From the NCBI GenBank assembly GCA_001275005.1, contig JWZX01003207.1:1-36628 (forward strand): 36,628 nt of DNA, in the 5' to 3' direction. The translations under genes were made by a program, and so were the position numbers. Position 1 is the stretch's first letter. The number at the start of each line of letters is the position of its first letter. The notes beneath the pieces were generated by a model. It saw only the letters and a list, made by a program, of their open reading frames with translations, was not told the origin of the DNA and made no database searches. The stretch comes from Chrysochromulina tobinii. Lineage: Eukaryota. Shown piece after piece: positions 1 through 10,893 of the stretch.

Positions 1-849
1 CGCCATCCTTCCGCAGCGCTCGCTCGCATTCGCCTCCACGCGCCATGATGGTCGCCAGCCTGGCGCTCTCAACATTCAACGCGCCGGAGCTTCAAACGGC
101 CCGCGTCCATCCCAATCTGGTACTAACCGCCCGCCCTTTCAAGCCAAGGGTGGCCCGCGAGAGGGCTACAAAGGCAAGCCAAAGGGCGACGGTACTAGTG
201 ACAAGATCAGGTTCGGCCAGTGCAGCTTCTGCGACGCACGCGGCTGTCAGAACGCCGACGACCCCAAGGCCGGCATCGACAAGTGCTCCGTCTTCGGGGG
301 ATGCCCGTGCAAGCCTAACGCCTTGCCCGACGAGAAGCAGTACGTCGAGCTCAGCCGCAAGTTCCTCAAGGACGCCGGCCCGAAGTCCAAGTACCACTCG
401 CCACCTTACCTGAAAGGTATGGAAATCCGATCGAATGTCTGGCAGTTCACGAAAGACCTTGCGCAACACTCTGGGTTGAGTATCGCCTCTCCGGCCACAT
501 CCTCCTCCTCAGGTGTGCGCATCAGCCGCGAGAACCGCCTTCGCCAGGTCGGCAAGTTTCGTACTATGGCCGCCGCCAGCCTGGACGAAGGGGACACCGA
601 GGGTGCCGCGTACCTGTACAAGTGCGCCGATCGGATGGAGCAAGACGACTCCGACGATGAGGACTCCGACGAGACTTCAGAGTGTGCTGCAGTCAACAAC
701 CTCGCTGCTGCGGACAACGAGTTCGTCGGCGCATTCAACAGGCTCGCCCAGGTCGACGCCTTTGACAGAGGCGCGTTCCAAGGAGCAGAAGGGCTCCTTG
801 GCGACATAGGCGACGTGGGCGAGCTCAGCACGATGCAGGGCGTCGACCG

Positions 850-1125
850 CAACTGGGACGTTGCGAACGCCTACGTGCAGTTTCCTATCGAACCCGTCGA
901 GATCGAACTTTCGTTCGATGCCTTCCAACGCGTCGCCTTCAGTGTTGACCATGCGCTCAAGGAATATCGACGCTTCGATCTCAACGCCTCTGACTCTTCG
1001 GATGACGAGCTACCCGCTAAGCGCTTTGACCTCAACGACTCCGACCCCTCGGACGACGAGTCGCCTGACATAGGCCGCCTCTCGATGCTTCAAGGCGGCC
1101 CTTCTTCGCAAGATACCGGACAGGC
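850..1125 (+). repeat. Left arm of a 276-bp inverted repeat
   Basis: It is the reverse complement of 1839..2114 with 7 mismatches counted by eye (about 97% identity) and no indels. Confidence 0.95.
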
Positions 1126-1455
1126 TGCCGCCGCTCGCCAAGCCGCTGCTGTTGCCAAGGCCGCTGCAGACGCTGCCGCCGACGCCGCCGCGGCCATCCG
1201 GTCGACGAAAAAGGCCGCTAAGGCAGCCCGGACCGCCGCCGCCGATGCTGCCGACGCTGCCCGCGCCCGTGCGACTTACGGCGCCACGACCAAGACCAGT
1301 CTGCCTCCCGGCATCTTCATCGCCTCCACAGACACGATCCTGTTCAGCAACCAGCGTTTCGTCCTCGCTGTCACTCAGAGCCTCGTAGACAGCGGCATCG
1401 CCCCTCACAGCGCCTTGGGCATCGTCTTTGAGATCACAGCCATGCGACGCCACCA

Positions 1456-1505
1456 CGTCCAGGCTCGAATCCCGCCAGAAGGCGTCCAGGCTCGAGTCCC
1501 GCCAG
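1456..1505 (+). repeat. 27-bp tandem duplication (VQARIPP/VQARVPP)
   Basis: cgtccaggctcga(a/g)tcccgccag occurs at 1456 and 1483. Confidence 0.85.
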
Positions 1506-1838
1506 GATGCCTCTTCCAGATTCCGAAGTCTGAGCTCTGGAGAGCCGTGGTGCTCGAGCAGGAGCTCGCGCCAAGATACGTCCCGGCGGTCGGGTCCGAC
1601 GCATTCAGCGATGCTCACCCTCTGTCGACCGCAGCCACTAACGAACAGGAATGGACTCGTGGCCGCCTGGCCCACAAATTCCTCGAAGGTGTCGCGCACG
1701 GCCTGCTCATTGCTCCCAGGCCCGTCTCTGCGCAGCACGCCGGTGACAATGTCCCTCCAGACGATCGCCCCGTGGCGCCGCCTGGCTTTCGCGGCTTTGA
1801 CAGCGGCGATTTCCTCGTTGTCCTCATCGGTGACGGTC

Positions 1839-2114
1839 GCCTGTCCGGTATCTTGCGAATAAGGGCCGCCTTGAAGCATCGAGAGGCGGCCTATGTCAGG
1901 CGACTCGTCGTCCGAGGGGTCGGAGTCGTTGAGATCAAAGCGCTTAGCGGGTAGCTCGTCATCCGAAGAGTCAGAGGCGTTGAGATCGAAACGTCGATAT
2001 TCCTTGAGCGCATGGTCGACACTGAAGGCGACGCGTTGGAAGGCATCGGACGAGAGTTCGATCTCGACGGGTTCGATAGCAAACTGCACGTAGGCGTTCG
2101 CAACGTCCCAGTTG
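1839..2114 (-). repeat. Right arm of a 276-bp inverted repeat
   Basis: It matches 850..1125 in inverted orientation. The same peptide (IEPVEIEL...RRFDLNASDSSDDELPAKRFDLNDSD) appears in ORFs on both strands. Confidence 0.95.
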
Positions 2115-2153
2115 TGGCCGATGCCCAGCGCTGCGGAAGGATGGCGCGGATGA

Positions 2154-2909
2154 GGGGGCTGGCTTCATCCGCTGAAGAGTCTCAACCCGAATGAGAAGCT
2201 CAGCATCAGCGACTGGCTCATCAAGTTCCGTGCTGCCGCTGGCGACATCTGTTCCATCGCTTTTGCTGATCCAGTTCCACGCGATGAGTTCAGACTGCAC
2301 TTCAACCTGGCTGGCGAAGGCTTCTGGACCGACCTCGACGGCTGGAGCGAAGTCGAGTTCTTCGACGACCTCTACTCCAGATACCTCGTTCGTTACGCCT
2401 TCATCAACGGCGTCGTCGCCTCCTTCCTCATTGGCCACGTCGAGTGGGAAAAAGAGCCTGCACTCGCTCGTTGCATCCGTAACCTGCCAGGCGTGCTCGG
2501 ATGGGCCTCCACCGGCAACGGCAAAGCAATCTATGATTGGCTGGTCAAGCATGGCTCCACCGACGACGCTGCGACGCAGGAGCTCCTCATCACTGAGTGG
2601 TCAACCTACCTTATCGAGGCTCGCCTCACCACGCAGGGCCTCCCTCGAACCAAGGTCGTCTTCCACAACTCGTCGTCGGCAGAGGACGTCATCGACCGCA
2701 TGACGGCGCTTCTCGACCTGTACGAGAAGGTTCCCGAGCATTGCGCAGCTCCGGCACACATCTTCATCAAAGTTGTGGCTCAACTTCTCTCCGAAGATGT
2801 TCTCTCCCTTGGCGACTGGGGCAGGCGCTTCATCATCGACCTCATGACCGGCAAAGGCTCGATCACGTGCACGAGATCAGCATCTTGGGTTGCCACTGGC
2901 AGAGCTTGA
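2154..2909 (+). mobile_element. Copia-type Gag N-terminal-like fragment (no start codon)
   Basis: The frame of ORF 2493..2909 is open from 2154 (SISDWLIKFRAAAG...GNGKAIYDWLVKHGSTDDAATQELL). It resembles the helical UBN2/Retrotran_gag pattern and appears to switch into unrelated sequence near 2870. Confidence 0.35.
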
Positions 2910-4546
2910 TGGTGAACTTGGGTTTGTCAAAATCGGTGCGCAGTTGTTTGAAGTCGATAGACCAGTTGTCCGCTACCATTGAAGAGCCAGTAGTTGACAT
3001 GCTGTTGTACTAAGACGTACTGGTTTCACTGTTAGTATGCTCCACTGAGCTGTGCACTGGCGCCACTGCGCACACGCACAAAGACAAGGACCACCATCGA
3101 GGTCGCTGTCGTCCAGTCACGGAGCAGAGTCAGGGACTGGCTCAGCCCGGATACTTGCCCGGAAAGGCAACTGGACAACCTCGACCATATGATGATCGGT
3201 TACAGACACCCACCACTATTCACACATGAACACGGTTGTGTCAAATAATTGTTGCATGTCCGATGTCGGAACGGAATGTGGGCCGGGCGGCCCTTACGAG
3301 GCCGGGCGGGCGGGGTCTCTCTCGAGTCTCGTGCCGCGCGGTGCGCCGCGCGCGGCCCTTCTCGAAACCGTCTATATGACTATGTACGCCGGTCGTTCGC
3401 CGGTCGTACGGGCGCGCCCCACGCTATCGTATGCCGCTGAGGCTTAAGCTGGGGCCGCTGGGCTCCGGCGTCCACTCGGGATTGGGCATCTTGGGGCCTA
3501 CCCCGCGGACGAGGGCCCCTGGGCCCGTGCGTTTTCCCGCGACGCGTTTTTAGGGCGGGGTGGGTGGTTCCCCAATGGACCGGTGGAGGCTTTGCCCCTT
3601 CCCCCGTCGGACGTCGTGACGTGTTGACCTCGTGAGTGACTTTCCGGCGGCGTGGGGAGCAGGTCGACGACGTGCACTCCCACTCGTCCATGCCCACATC
3701 AAAGAGCAAGCTGAACGCCGTCCACCCAGATGGCAGCTGCACGCGGTACCAGCTGCCGCCCGACAACACGTTCGCTTAGCACGGGCGCGACCCGGGGCGC
3801 GACCGAGTGCAGGCTCGCCGGTGCCTCGTTGCAGTCGTAGTAGCACCTGTTTGCGGTCAGATTGGACAGGCATGACACAAAAGTCCAGGGTAGTGGGTAC
3901 AGGCTCGTACCCATCTACTCGGGGGAACCCCCACGAACCCCATCTATCTCCCCTGAGCGCGTGTAGGGGGTATGGCGGATTGGCCATTGGCGGTGCTATG
4001 CCCTATGGGATCGAAATCACAAAAGGGAAATGGGACTGTGGGAGACACAGTTTCTCCATTCGGGCGAGGAAAGGAGGATTAAGGAGGATTTGCCGTGCCA
4101 TTGCGCGTGTCACCGCACGGCCTGCCCCCGGATGCTTGGCGTGGGGGGGGGGCGATTAAGCTTTAAGGGGGCGACTCGCGCCGTAGGGTGATGGCTTCGA
4201 CGCTTCGAGGTCGGAGGTGCGCGTACGTTAGAATGAAATTCTTTTCTTGTTTTCTTGGATGCCCGGCCGGAGTGAACGCGCCCCGCCCGGGCGGGGCGCG
4301 GGCGGGCGCCGGGGGCGGCGCGGGTCGCGCCCCGCTTCTATCAGGACTTCTATCAGGGCGCCAGGACCCCACATACACGTCGCCGCATGCGACGCGCATC
4401 GCTCACACTCTCGCAAAGCGCCTATTCGTCCATGCTCTCAGAACCACTTTGCACGTGCGCCGCGCGTTTGCGAGACGGGAGCGCTCCGCGTTCGAAAAGA
4501 ACCTCTACACTCGACTACGCTCTGTTCACGTTCTGTGGCTCACCAT

Positions 4547-5368
4547 TTACGGCTGAGCTGGCGTCGCGTAATGCACATCGCAGGGCTCGAAGCTCGTTGG
4601 GCCGCTCAATGTCACGCCTAGACCACTCGACGCTGCGTCCTTGTCGCTGGTGGCCGTCACATCGAAGACGCCAGGTGCCACTGGGTTTGCCATGACTGCC
4701 AAAGCAGGGTTGACGGCGGTGGCAATCGTGGCGGTGGCAAGGGCGACCGGCGGTGCTGGCGGCGGCGGTGCTGGCACTGCGCTGGCGGCCTCAGAGGCGG
4801 CGGCCTCGGCGTCGGCCATCTCATCATCCTGGTTGATTCGGTCGAACATGCCTGCAAACTTTTTCTGCTCGCGCTTGCGCAGCTTCTCAAAGGCGCCGCG
4901 GAGGGAGCGCAGCTCGCGCTTCGCGTCACTGCTTTCAGGCTGGAGCTGTAGCACGCGCTCAAAGTCTGCCTTGGCCTCATCGAGCTCGTTCAGCTGTGCA
5001 TAGCACTTTCCTCGGCGGAAAAGCGCCTTGACATTGTCAGGGTCGATGGCAAGCGCCTTGGTGCAATTGTCGCGCGCCTTGAGGTACTTGGGCCCATGCT
5101 TCATGTGGCACATGGCGAGGTTACAGTAGTGCGCGAGCTTGAGCTCGCGAATCTGCACCATTTCTTCTTGTGTCACCTGCTTGGTCGTCTGGCCAGTGAG
5201 CCCAGGCGGCCCGCCACCTCCGGAAGATGAATAGCCGTTGACGTACATGTAGATCTGGTGGTAGGCAGCGATGGCAGCGGGGTAGTCGCCCTCCTTGAAA
5301 GCTAGGTTCCCCTGCTCCTTGAGCTGCACCGCCGTCAAGATGTTCTTCGTCACTTCTTCACCACTCAT
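4547..5368 (-). CDS. TPR-repeat protein, TTC9/FKBP-type co-chaperone TPR
   Basis: LKEQGNLAFKEGDY, NLAMCHMK, KALAIDPDNVKALFRRGKCY and EAKADFERVL form a canonical 3-TPR module, followed by KKFAGMF. Confidence 0.9.
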   Translation of the reverse strand: MSGEEVTKNILTAVQLKEQGNLAFKEGDYPAAIAAYHQIYMYVNGYSSSGGGGPPGLTGQTTKQVTQEEMVQIRELKLAHYCNLAMCHMKHGPKYLKARDNCTKALAIDPDNVKALFRRGKCYAQLNELDEAKADFERVLQLQPESSDAKRELRSLRGAFEKLRKREQKKFAGMFDRINQDDEMADAEAAASEAASAVPAPPPPAPPVALATATIATAVNPALAVMANPVAPGVFDVTATSDKDAASSGLGVTLSGPTSFEPCDVHYATPAQP

Positions 5369-5494
5369 CCTGCTCGCAAACGGGGCAAGTTCGCGGTCCG
5401 ACCCCGCACTGTGGGGAAACTATATGCATCGTCCACTTCTCACACATACCGGTATAGAGAGCGCTTCCCCACCAGTCAACGCGACAGAGGAGGA

Positions 5495-6957
5495 ATGGGC
5501 GATCCTCAGGAATTGCTCGTCGATCTGGCGCGTCCGTACGCGCGGCTGCGGAGTCGCGTGAAAAGTACCGTGGAGCCCCACCCGGCGCTTGAGGCTGCTC
5601 AACTAGAGGCGGTGCGCAAGCTAGCGAGCGCATTCGAAGCAAAATGTGCACATGTTCTCGGTGGCCGGAAGTGGTTTTCTCACTTCGAGGCATGGTTGTG
5701 GACGAGCCGGGGAACGATTGAATTGCAAGACGCGAAAGCTGTGCCAGTGCTAATCATGAATGCAAACGACATCGAGCTGATTCGCAAGCTCAGCGCTGCC
5801 GGCGTCGGCCCCGCGGATGCAGCCAGTATGTGCAATGGCCTTTCGGAGCTCGCAGCGTCTCTGCGCGGGCAGTTGGAGCGCCTGAGCCCACAGCTGCGCG
5901 CCTCTTCCAGGCGTCGTACGCAACACGCCGTCGGCGACGACACCTCTCGTCACACTCACCTGCGCAGGCGTCGACGTGCACTGTACCGAAGAGCACCTTG
6001 AAAAACTTCGACTTCTGTACGAGACCACTTGTGCGAGGCACGCTCGCGCACGAGCTAGGCGAAGAGGGCGTGGGCGCGGCGACAGTCAGCGCTGCAGGTC
6101 GCACTGATAGCGGGCATATCGGCACCCTCGGATTTTTTGATGGCGAGCTCGGTGGCGCAATTGCAGGATCCTTCGGGCCCAGCAGGAAACGTGCCAGGGC
6201 GCAGCCATATCCAATGGTACCGCCCAACTTGCAATCAGCGCCGCAGGGCATGGGCGCCGCGAGCCAGAAAGAGCCCTACGACGAGGCACATTTTGTAGCA
6301 CTCGCCTACTGCTGCCTCGCGCGAGTTCTCGCGCTTCAGGGTGGCCATGAAAAGGCCGGTGGCATGCAGGCCGCGTGTCCCGCCGCCGTCTTTGACTGCC
6401 TCCGCATTCACTTAGGCGTTGCGGCTGAGCTCTTCGCCTCTCCTCTCAACGCCCGTTTTCCGGTATACTGCTCGGCATCGGCCGACGTGGACGCACCCTT
6501 TGGCTCCGTCGGGTCTTTTTTCGACGCCAAGCCTCGCCGTGGGGCCTACCTCGCCAACCCGCCCTTTGCCCCTGTCGTGGTCGATGCGATGTTCGCACGA
6601 ATGGCGAGGCTGCTAAAAATCGCTTGCCGTACCGGCGAGGCTCTCACGTTCGTCGTGGTGATTCCCCACTGGCCTGAAAAGCGATGCTGGCAGGGGCTTG
6701 CAACAAATTGTCACATGCGCTGCCACTTGCTTCTGTTGCAGCAAGAGCACGGGTACGTGGAAGGTGGGCAGCAGTACCAGGCCGAGCAGCGTTGGCGACC
6801 TTCGAACCACGACAGCTCCGTCTTCTTTCTCCAGTCCGACGAGGCGGCGGCGGCGATCCCAGTCACGGCAGCCGTTCAGCGGGCGGTCCGCGATGCCTTT
6901 CAGAGCCACTGCACGCGCAGCAAACGCTTCGCTCGTCGCGCCAGTAGCGCGGACTAA
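5495..6957 (+). CDS. PCIF1: PCIF1/CAPAM-like N6-adenine methyltransferase, spread over three frames (two small introns or indels)
   Basis: ELFASPLN, YCSA..DVDAPFGSVGSFF, the catalytic ANPPF, LTFVVVIPHW and HGYVEG are all present. The HLEKLRLLY helical-domain motif lies in a third frame at about 5970-6030. Candidate GT-AG introns 5916-5967 and 6031-6097 would each restore frame. The start is tentative. Confidence 0.8.
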
Positions 6958-7254
6958 CCCAAGCGCCGAGCTCAGAGCGAAAGGCGCACCCCCAGAGCGC
7001 CAGCCGGCAGCCGCGCAGTCCCCTGCCTCGGCCTCTCCCGGGCGCCACACCGCCGCATCGAACCGCCGCAATTGTCTTTAGCGATTCGGTATGCGCTATC
7101 GCTCTCTCTCCGTCGGCGTCGCGGACGGACGCTGTCTCGCTCTGCGCGCTCACGGCGCGGTGTCGTGTGGTGTCACATAGTGGACTTGTGAGTTTGTGAA
7201 GGCCTGAAGTTAAGCGAACTCGTAAATTTATGTGGGGTGCGCATATGTAGTATC

Positions 7255-8409
7255 TCAGTCGCGGTAGAGCGGTCCCGCGCTCGGCAGCGGCACCATTTTC
7301 CCGGCTCCTCCATTAGACCTCGCGCTATTTTCTGGGATCTTAGGCGTGCGCTTCGTTTGCGATCCTGCTGGACGTGCTGTCGCGCTGGCTCGTGGCTGGG
7401 GCGCTCGAATCGCGACGCGTTCAGTCTTGGAGTTTGGTGAGCCCCGCTGCTCTTCGATGGCATCCATCCCGTCAGCCATACCCACAAGCCACTGTGGCCG
7501 CGCGCCGGCAAGCCGAGCTTGCTCTCGCCACTGAGTGTTGCCGAAAGTGATGTTGCTCAGTGCTCTGGCGCCCCACTCCTGGATGCCGGCTTCCTTGCCG
7601 TAGAAGCGCATCGCGTTGATAATGACAGGAAGAGCACCCGCGTCGACCGCCGCCTCTTTGCGAGCCTTGCCTTCTTCAACGGCAATCCGCTTCCGCTCTG
7701 CCTCCGCCTTCTCCTCATCAGTCACCGCTTCGTCACCTTTGCCGCGGTCGGCACCGCCCACGCTAACCGTGATGCTTCGGCACACATTGCCGAGGGCAAA
7801 GCAGCCGTACTCTTGCACAGCTGCATCCGCGCTGTGAGAGCGCATACCGCTCACGATGGCCGAGATGGCGCACGCATCAGCGGCTTGCTGCTTGCGTCGC
7901 AGCCCGTCTTCATCGGCTGCAAAGCAAATGTTGCCGATTGCAAAGCAGCCGTACTCAATCACAGCTGGTGTGTCTACATGCGTTTGCATTCCGTTCACGA
8001 TCGCAGGGAGTGCGCCCGCGTTCGCAGCAACCTGCTTGCGCTCCACACCTGGCTCGTCCATACCTGCAACAATGTTGCCGATTGCAAGACAGCAAACACC
8101 TGTTACCTCAGAGCTTCCTCTATGATGAGTCATCGCCTTGACGAGAGCAGGCAACGCACCCGCATCCGCTGCAGATTGGCGTCGCTGTGGGCCATAGCTC
8201 ATGGCCTTCCAGCGATCACATACTGCGTCCACAACCCGCTCATCCTCGAAAAATTGCTCTAGAGCACGTACAGCAGCGTGCACTGGCATGGACAAAACTT
8301 CCATACGATTTGGTGGAGCACGACGTCCCGAACTACCACCGACCAGCATACTGCGCAGGTCGGCAAGCTCGCTCGATTCGTCCTGCGCCGCATCTTTCGC
8401 CTGGCGCAT
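7255..8409 (-). CDS. Armadillo-repeat protein
   Basis: Four repeats of the type AGALPAIVxAMxxH...VQEYGCFALGNIC. Confidence 0.88.
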   Translation of the reverse strand: MRQAKDAAQDESSELADLRSMLVGGSSGRRAPPNRMEVLSMPVHAAVRALEQFFEDERVVDAVCDRWKAMSYGPQRRQSAADAGALPALVKAMTHHRGSSEVTGVCCLAIGNIVAGMDEPGVERKQVAANAGALPAIVNGMQTHVDTPAVIEYGCFAIGNICFAADEDGLRRKQQAADACAISAIVSGMRSHSADAAVQEYGCFALGNVCRSITVSVGGADRGKGDEAVTDEEKAEAERKRIAVEEGKARKEAAVDAGALPVIINAMRFYGKEAGIQEWGARALSNITFGNTQWREQARLAGARPQWLVGMADGMDAIEEQRGSPNSKTERVAIRAPQPRASATARPAGSQTKRTPKIPENSARSNGGAGKMVPLPSAGPLYRD

Positions 8410-8619
8410 CTATTTCGATTTTCGCGATCGAGAGAAAGTACAAAACAAAAGAGGTCAAAACGAGAAGTGTGAACGGCGAGACCCATGTATGAACTCCAAA
8501 CTCGGGAGGGGGGGCACCCGCCGACATGGACGGGGAACCCGCCAGATGGAGGCGATCCAAGGGGCAACCCTTCTTCACCAGAGAGAGTCGTTCAGCACAT
8601 CTGGACATCAACAGTTCAA

Positions 8620-9088
8620 TTGGGGTGTCTAAGAGTTTCGAATGGCTGCCATAGGAAATTTCGAGGCCATAATTTCGAATCGTGTGTGTCAAATTCAATA
8701 AAATTTCGTTTTTTCTCTTCGCTCCAGCTATGGCAAATTTCGTGGATTTCACCCCGGATCAATTCGTACTGCGGTGAGCAATACGCAGAACCCCACCCAC
8801 ACGCACTCACGACTCAGCGCGGCACACACTATAACAATGTCACTATTTTACCAGACCATTACAGTACGTCAGTACCCGGCTCTGACCTCTGTGAGGGCGG
8901 GGGATTCTGAAAGCCTTTGTTACGCTCGCCCCGGGGTTGAAACGTTGAATTGAGGTTCAGGCTCAGCCAACAGCACGCTCGTTGTACTTGAGCGAGAGCG
9001 GTGTGTGGCAAATTTCGAAAAATTTCGGCGCCTGCGGCGCCTCTGCCAAATTTTTCTCTAAATTTCGCGAAACTCTTAGACACCCCAA
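8620..9088. mobile_element. hAT-like non-autonomous element (MITE), 469 bp
   Basis: Perfect 21-bp TIRs TTGGGGTGTCTAAGAGTTTCG lie at 8620-8640 and 9068-9088. The 8-bp TSD CAGTTCAA lies at 8612-8619 and 9089-9096. AATTTCG repeats cluster near both ends. Confidence 0.92.
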
Positions 9089-9402
9089 CAGTTCAACACG
9101 GGGCCCTTCACGGGGAACATGGGGAACGCGCAACTCAATTGATGGTCCTTCCACCACCGACAGCGGCCGGGGCCGCTCAGCGCTCAGATCACTATCAGCG
9201 TTTTTTTGCGAGCAAAACATTCGATTGCCGGCGCCCCTCCGTGCTCCGACCTCCGAGTTCCGACCGCGGGTCGTCGCGACCCCCGTGCGGGCAGAAAAGG
9301 GCAGAATCATGATGGCAGATGCCTCTCATCGCGCGACTATAGGTCAAGTATACGGTCAAGTAATTAGGCAAAGTTTCATATGACATTCCTTTTGCCCGCA
9401 AC

Positions 9403-10893
9403 TTACGTCGCGGATTCGAGCTCCACGTGCCGAACACGCTTGCTGCTTTGGGGCTCGCCCGCAGCTGTCGGCGGTGGCCTACCTCGCAGCATATCAGAGA
9501 TCGCGTGGCGCACCTCCTCAAGCACGGAGCGCTGGGACTCGACGTACACACGGGCGTTCTGCCGTCGCTTTCGGCGGGCCTTGTCGTCCTGTGACTCGGC
9601 ATCATCCGCGAGCTCCGGAGCTGAGGGCAACGCATCGAGGTGAGCACGCAGAAGCGCTTCCAGCGCTCGGAGCGTCCGCTGCTCGCACGCTACGCCCACA
9701 GGTGCGGCTTCTTCAACGGCCGCATTGGCGACTGCAAACGGATCTGGAGCAGACCAATCGACCAGACTCCAATCGAAGGCCTTGCACGCGCTGCTGCTGC
9801 TACCTACTAGTACATCTGCTCCAGCTCGCCACTCCTCGAGAGCCGCGCGCAGCTCGTCGCCCTCATCGGCGCAGAGGAGACGCGCACTCGGCAGTAGCTG
9901 CGGAGGCAGTCCGCCGCGGAAGAGCTGACACACGAGGGGACGTTCCCTGCTCCTGCTGCCAGTGCTCACTCCGTGAGTGCTCATCATGTGAAGCCGCTCA
10001 GCGACCATGCAAGCATCCAATCCGAGTCCGCTGCGCCGGCTCGCGCCTTCATGGCCCAGCACGAAAGATGGCAGCTCACTCAGGTCCAGCTCGCACACAT
10101 CCGCCGAGTTATCGAGGAGGGTGAAGCCATGGCATCGAAGCAGCTCGCCCGTGCCCTTGGCTCCGTAGTTGATGAAGATCTCTTGACCCCTCTTGATGGC
10201 TCCGCTGGCGCGGAGTGCGTACGTCGGCTCGGTAGACGCTGCGACAAGTGAGACAGTAGTGGCGACGCCTGGGCGGTGATTGCACAAGTCGAGGAGCGGC
10301 ACTAAGGCCTCACGCTTGCCTCCGGGAAACGTGAGGCCAATGGCTCGCGACCAGTACACTGCATGGGCCCAGCAGAGAGCGCGAAAATTATAGGCTTCGC
10401 GTGGGAACGCTTCTGGATGACGCGCACACAGATCGTCCAGTACCTCTTCGTGGAAGCTCCTAAGGGTCTTCGCACCCTCTCGGGCATGCCGTAGCAACGA
10501 CGTCCCACGAAGCCACCCAGATTGTTCCTCGTCTGGCCAATTTTGAGGCAGATCATCATCCACGTCATTTGGCAAGCATGAAATGTACGCGGCATGCAGC
10601 CCGGATTGGCGGCAGTGCAAGAGGTAAACTATGTTCATCATGTGGCGATCGATGCGCGACGCGTGTGATGTCAGCGCTGCTCCTATGGAAGGATCGGCCA
10701 TTGCAGCTTCAGCCGTCAGCGTCAGGCGGCACGGGCAGCGAAACACCTCACCTCCTGGTGGGATATCAACAGCCGCAAAGAGACCAAGCCCACCCGCTAG
10801 TGCAGACTTTTCTATGGATACGTTGTCCACGGAGGCGCCGCACTCTTGCATCCACGCGAGAAGAGAGTCAGAGGCGCTCTGGAGATGCGACAT
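9403..10893 (-). CDS. SET-domain lysine methyltransferase (Rubisco LSMT/SETD3-4-6 family)
   Basis: GLGLFA..DI..G, YISCLP, WA...YWSRA, LVPLLDLCNH and GQEIFINYG..LLRCHGF motifs are present. Confidence 0.92.
   Translation of the reverse strand: MSHLQSASDSLLAWMQECGASVDNVSIEKSALAGGLGLFAAVDIPPGGEVFRCPCRLTLTAEAAMADPSIGAALTSHASRIDRHMMNIVYLLHCRQSGLHAAYISCLPNDVDDDLPQNWPDEEQSGWLRGTSLLRHAREGAKTLRSFHEEVLDDLCARHPEAFPREAYNFRALCWAHAVYWSRAIGLTFPGGKREALVPLLDLCNHRPGVATTVSLVAASTEPTYALRASGAIKRGQEIFINYGAKGTGELLRCHGFTLLDNSADVCELDLSELPSFVLGHEGASRRSGLGLDACMVAERLHMMSTHGVSTGSRSRERPLVCQLFRGGLPPQLLPSARLLCADEGDELRAALEEWRAGADVLVGSSSSACKAFDWSLVDWSAPDPFAVANAAVEEAAPVGVACEQRTLRALEALLRAHLDALPSAPELADDAESQDDKARRKRRQNARVYVESQRSVLEEVRHAISDMLRGRPPPTAAGEPQSSKRVRHVELESAT

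Larger units (their letters stand above)
2..1954 (+). mobile_element. Retroelement Gag-like ORF, open from the window start and rearranged by an inverted duplication
   Basis: The frame of ORF 323..1954 has no stop back to base 2. It encodes a G/K/P-rich stretch, a knuckle-like CSFCDARGC...C...C-P-C, acidic tracts and a possible protease-like VDSGIAPH. No RT or integrase motifs were seen, so the family call is inference. Confidence 0.4.

Noticed and set aside
3170..3225. Primer-binding site or LTR boundary for the Gag-like region
   Set aside because: The minus-strand TGG-starting candidates do not convincingly match a tRNA 3' end, and no paired LTR is visible.
5886..6105. Programmed frameshifting in the PCIF1-like gene
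   Set aside because: Plausible 52-nt and 67-nt GT-AG introns, or simple consensus indels, explain both frame changes.
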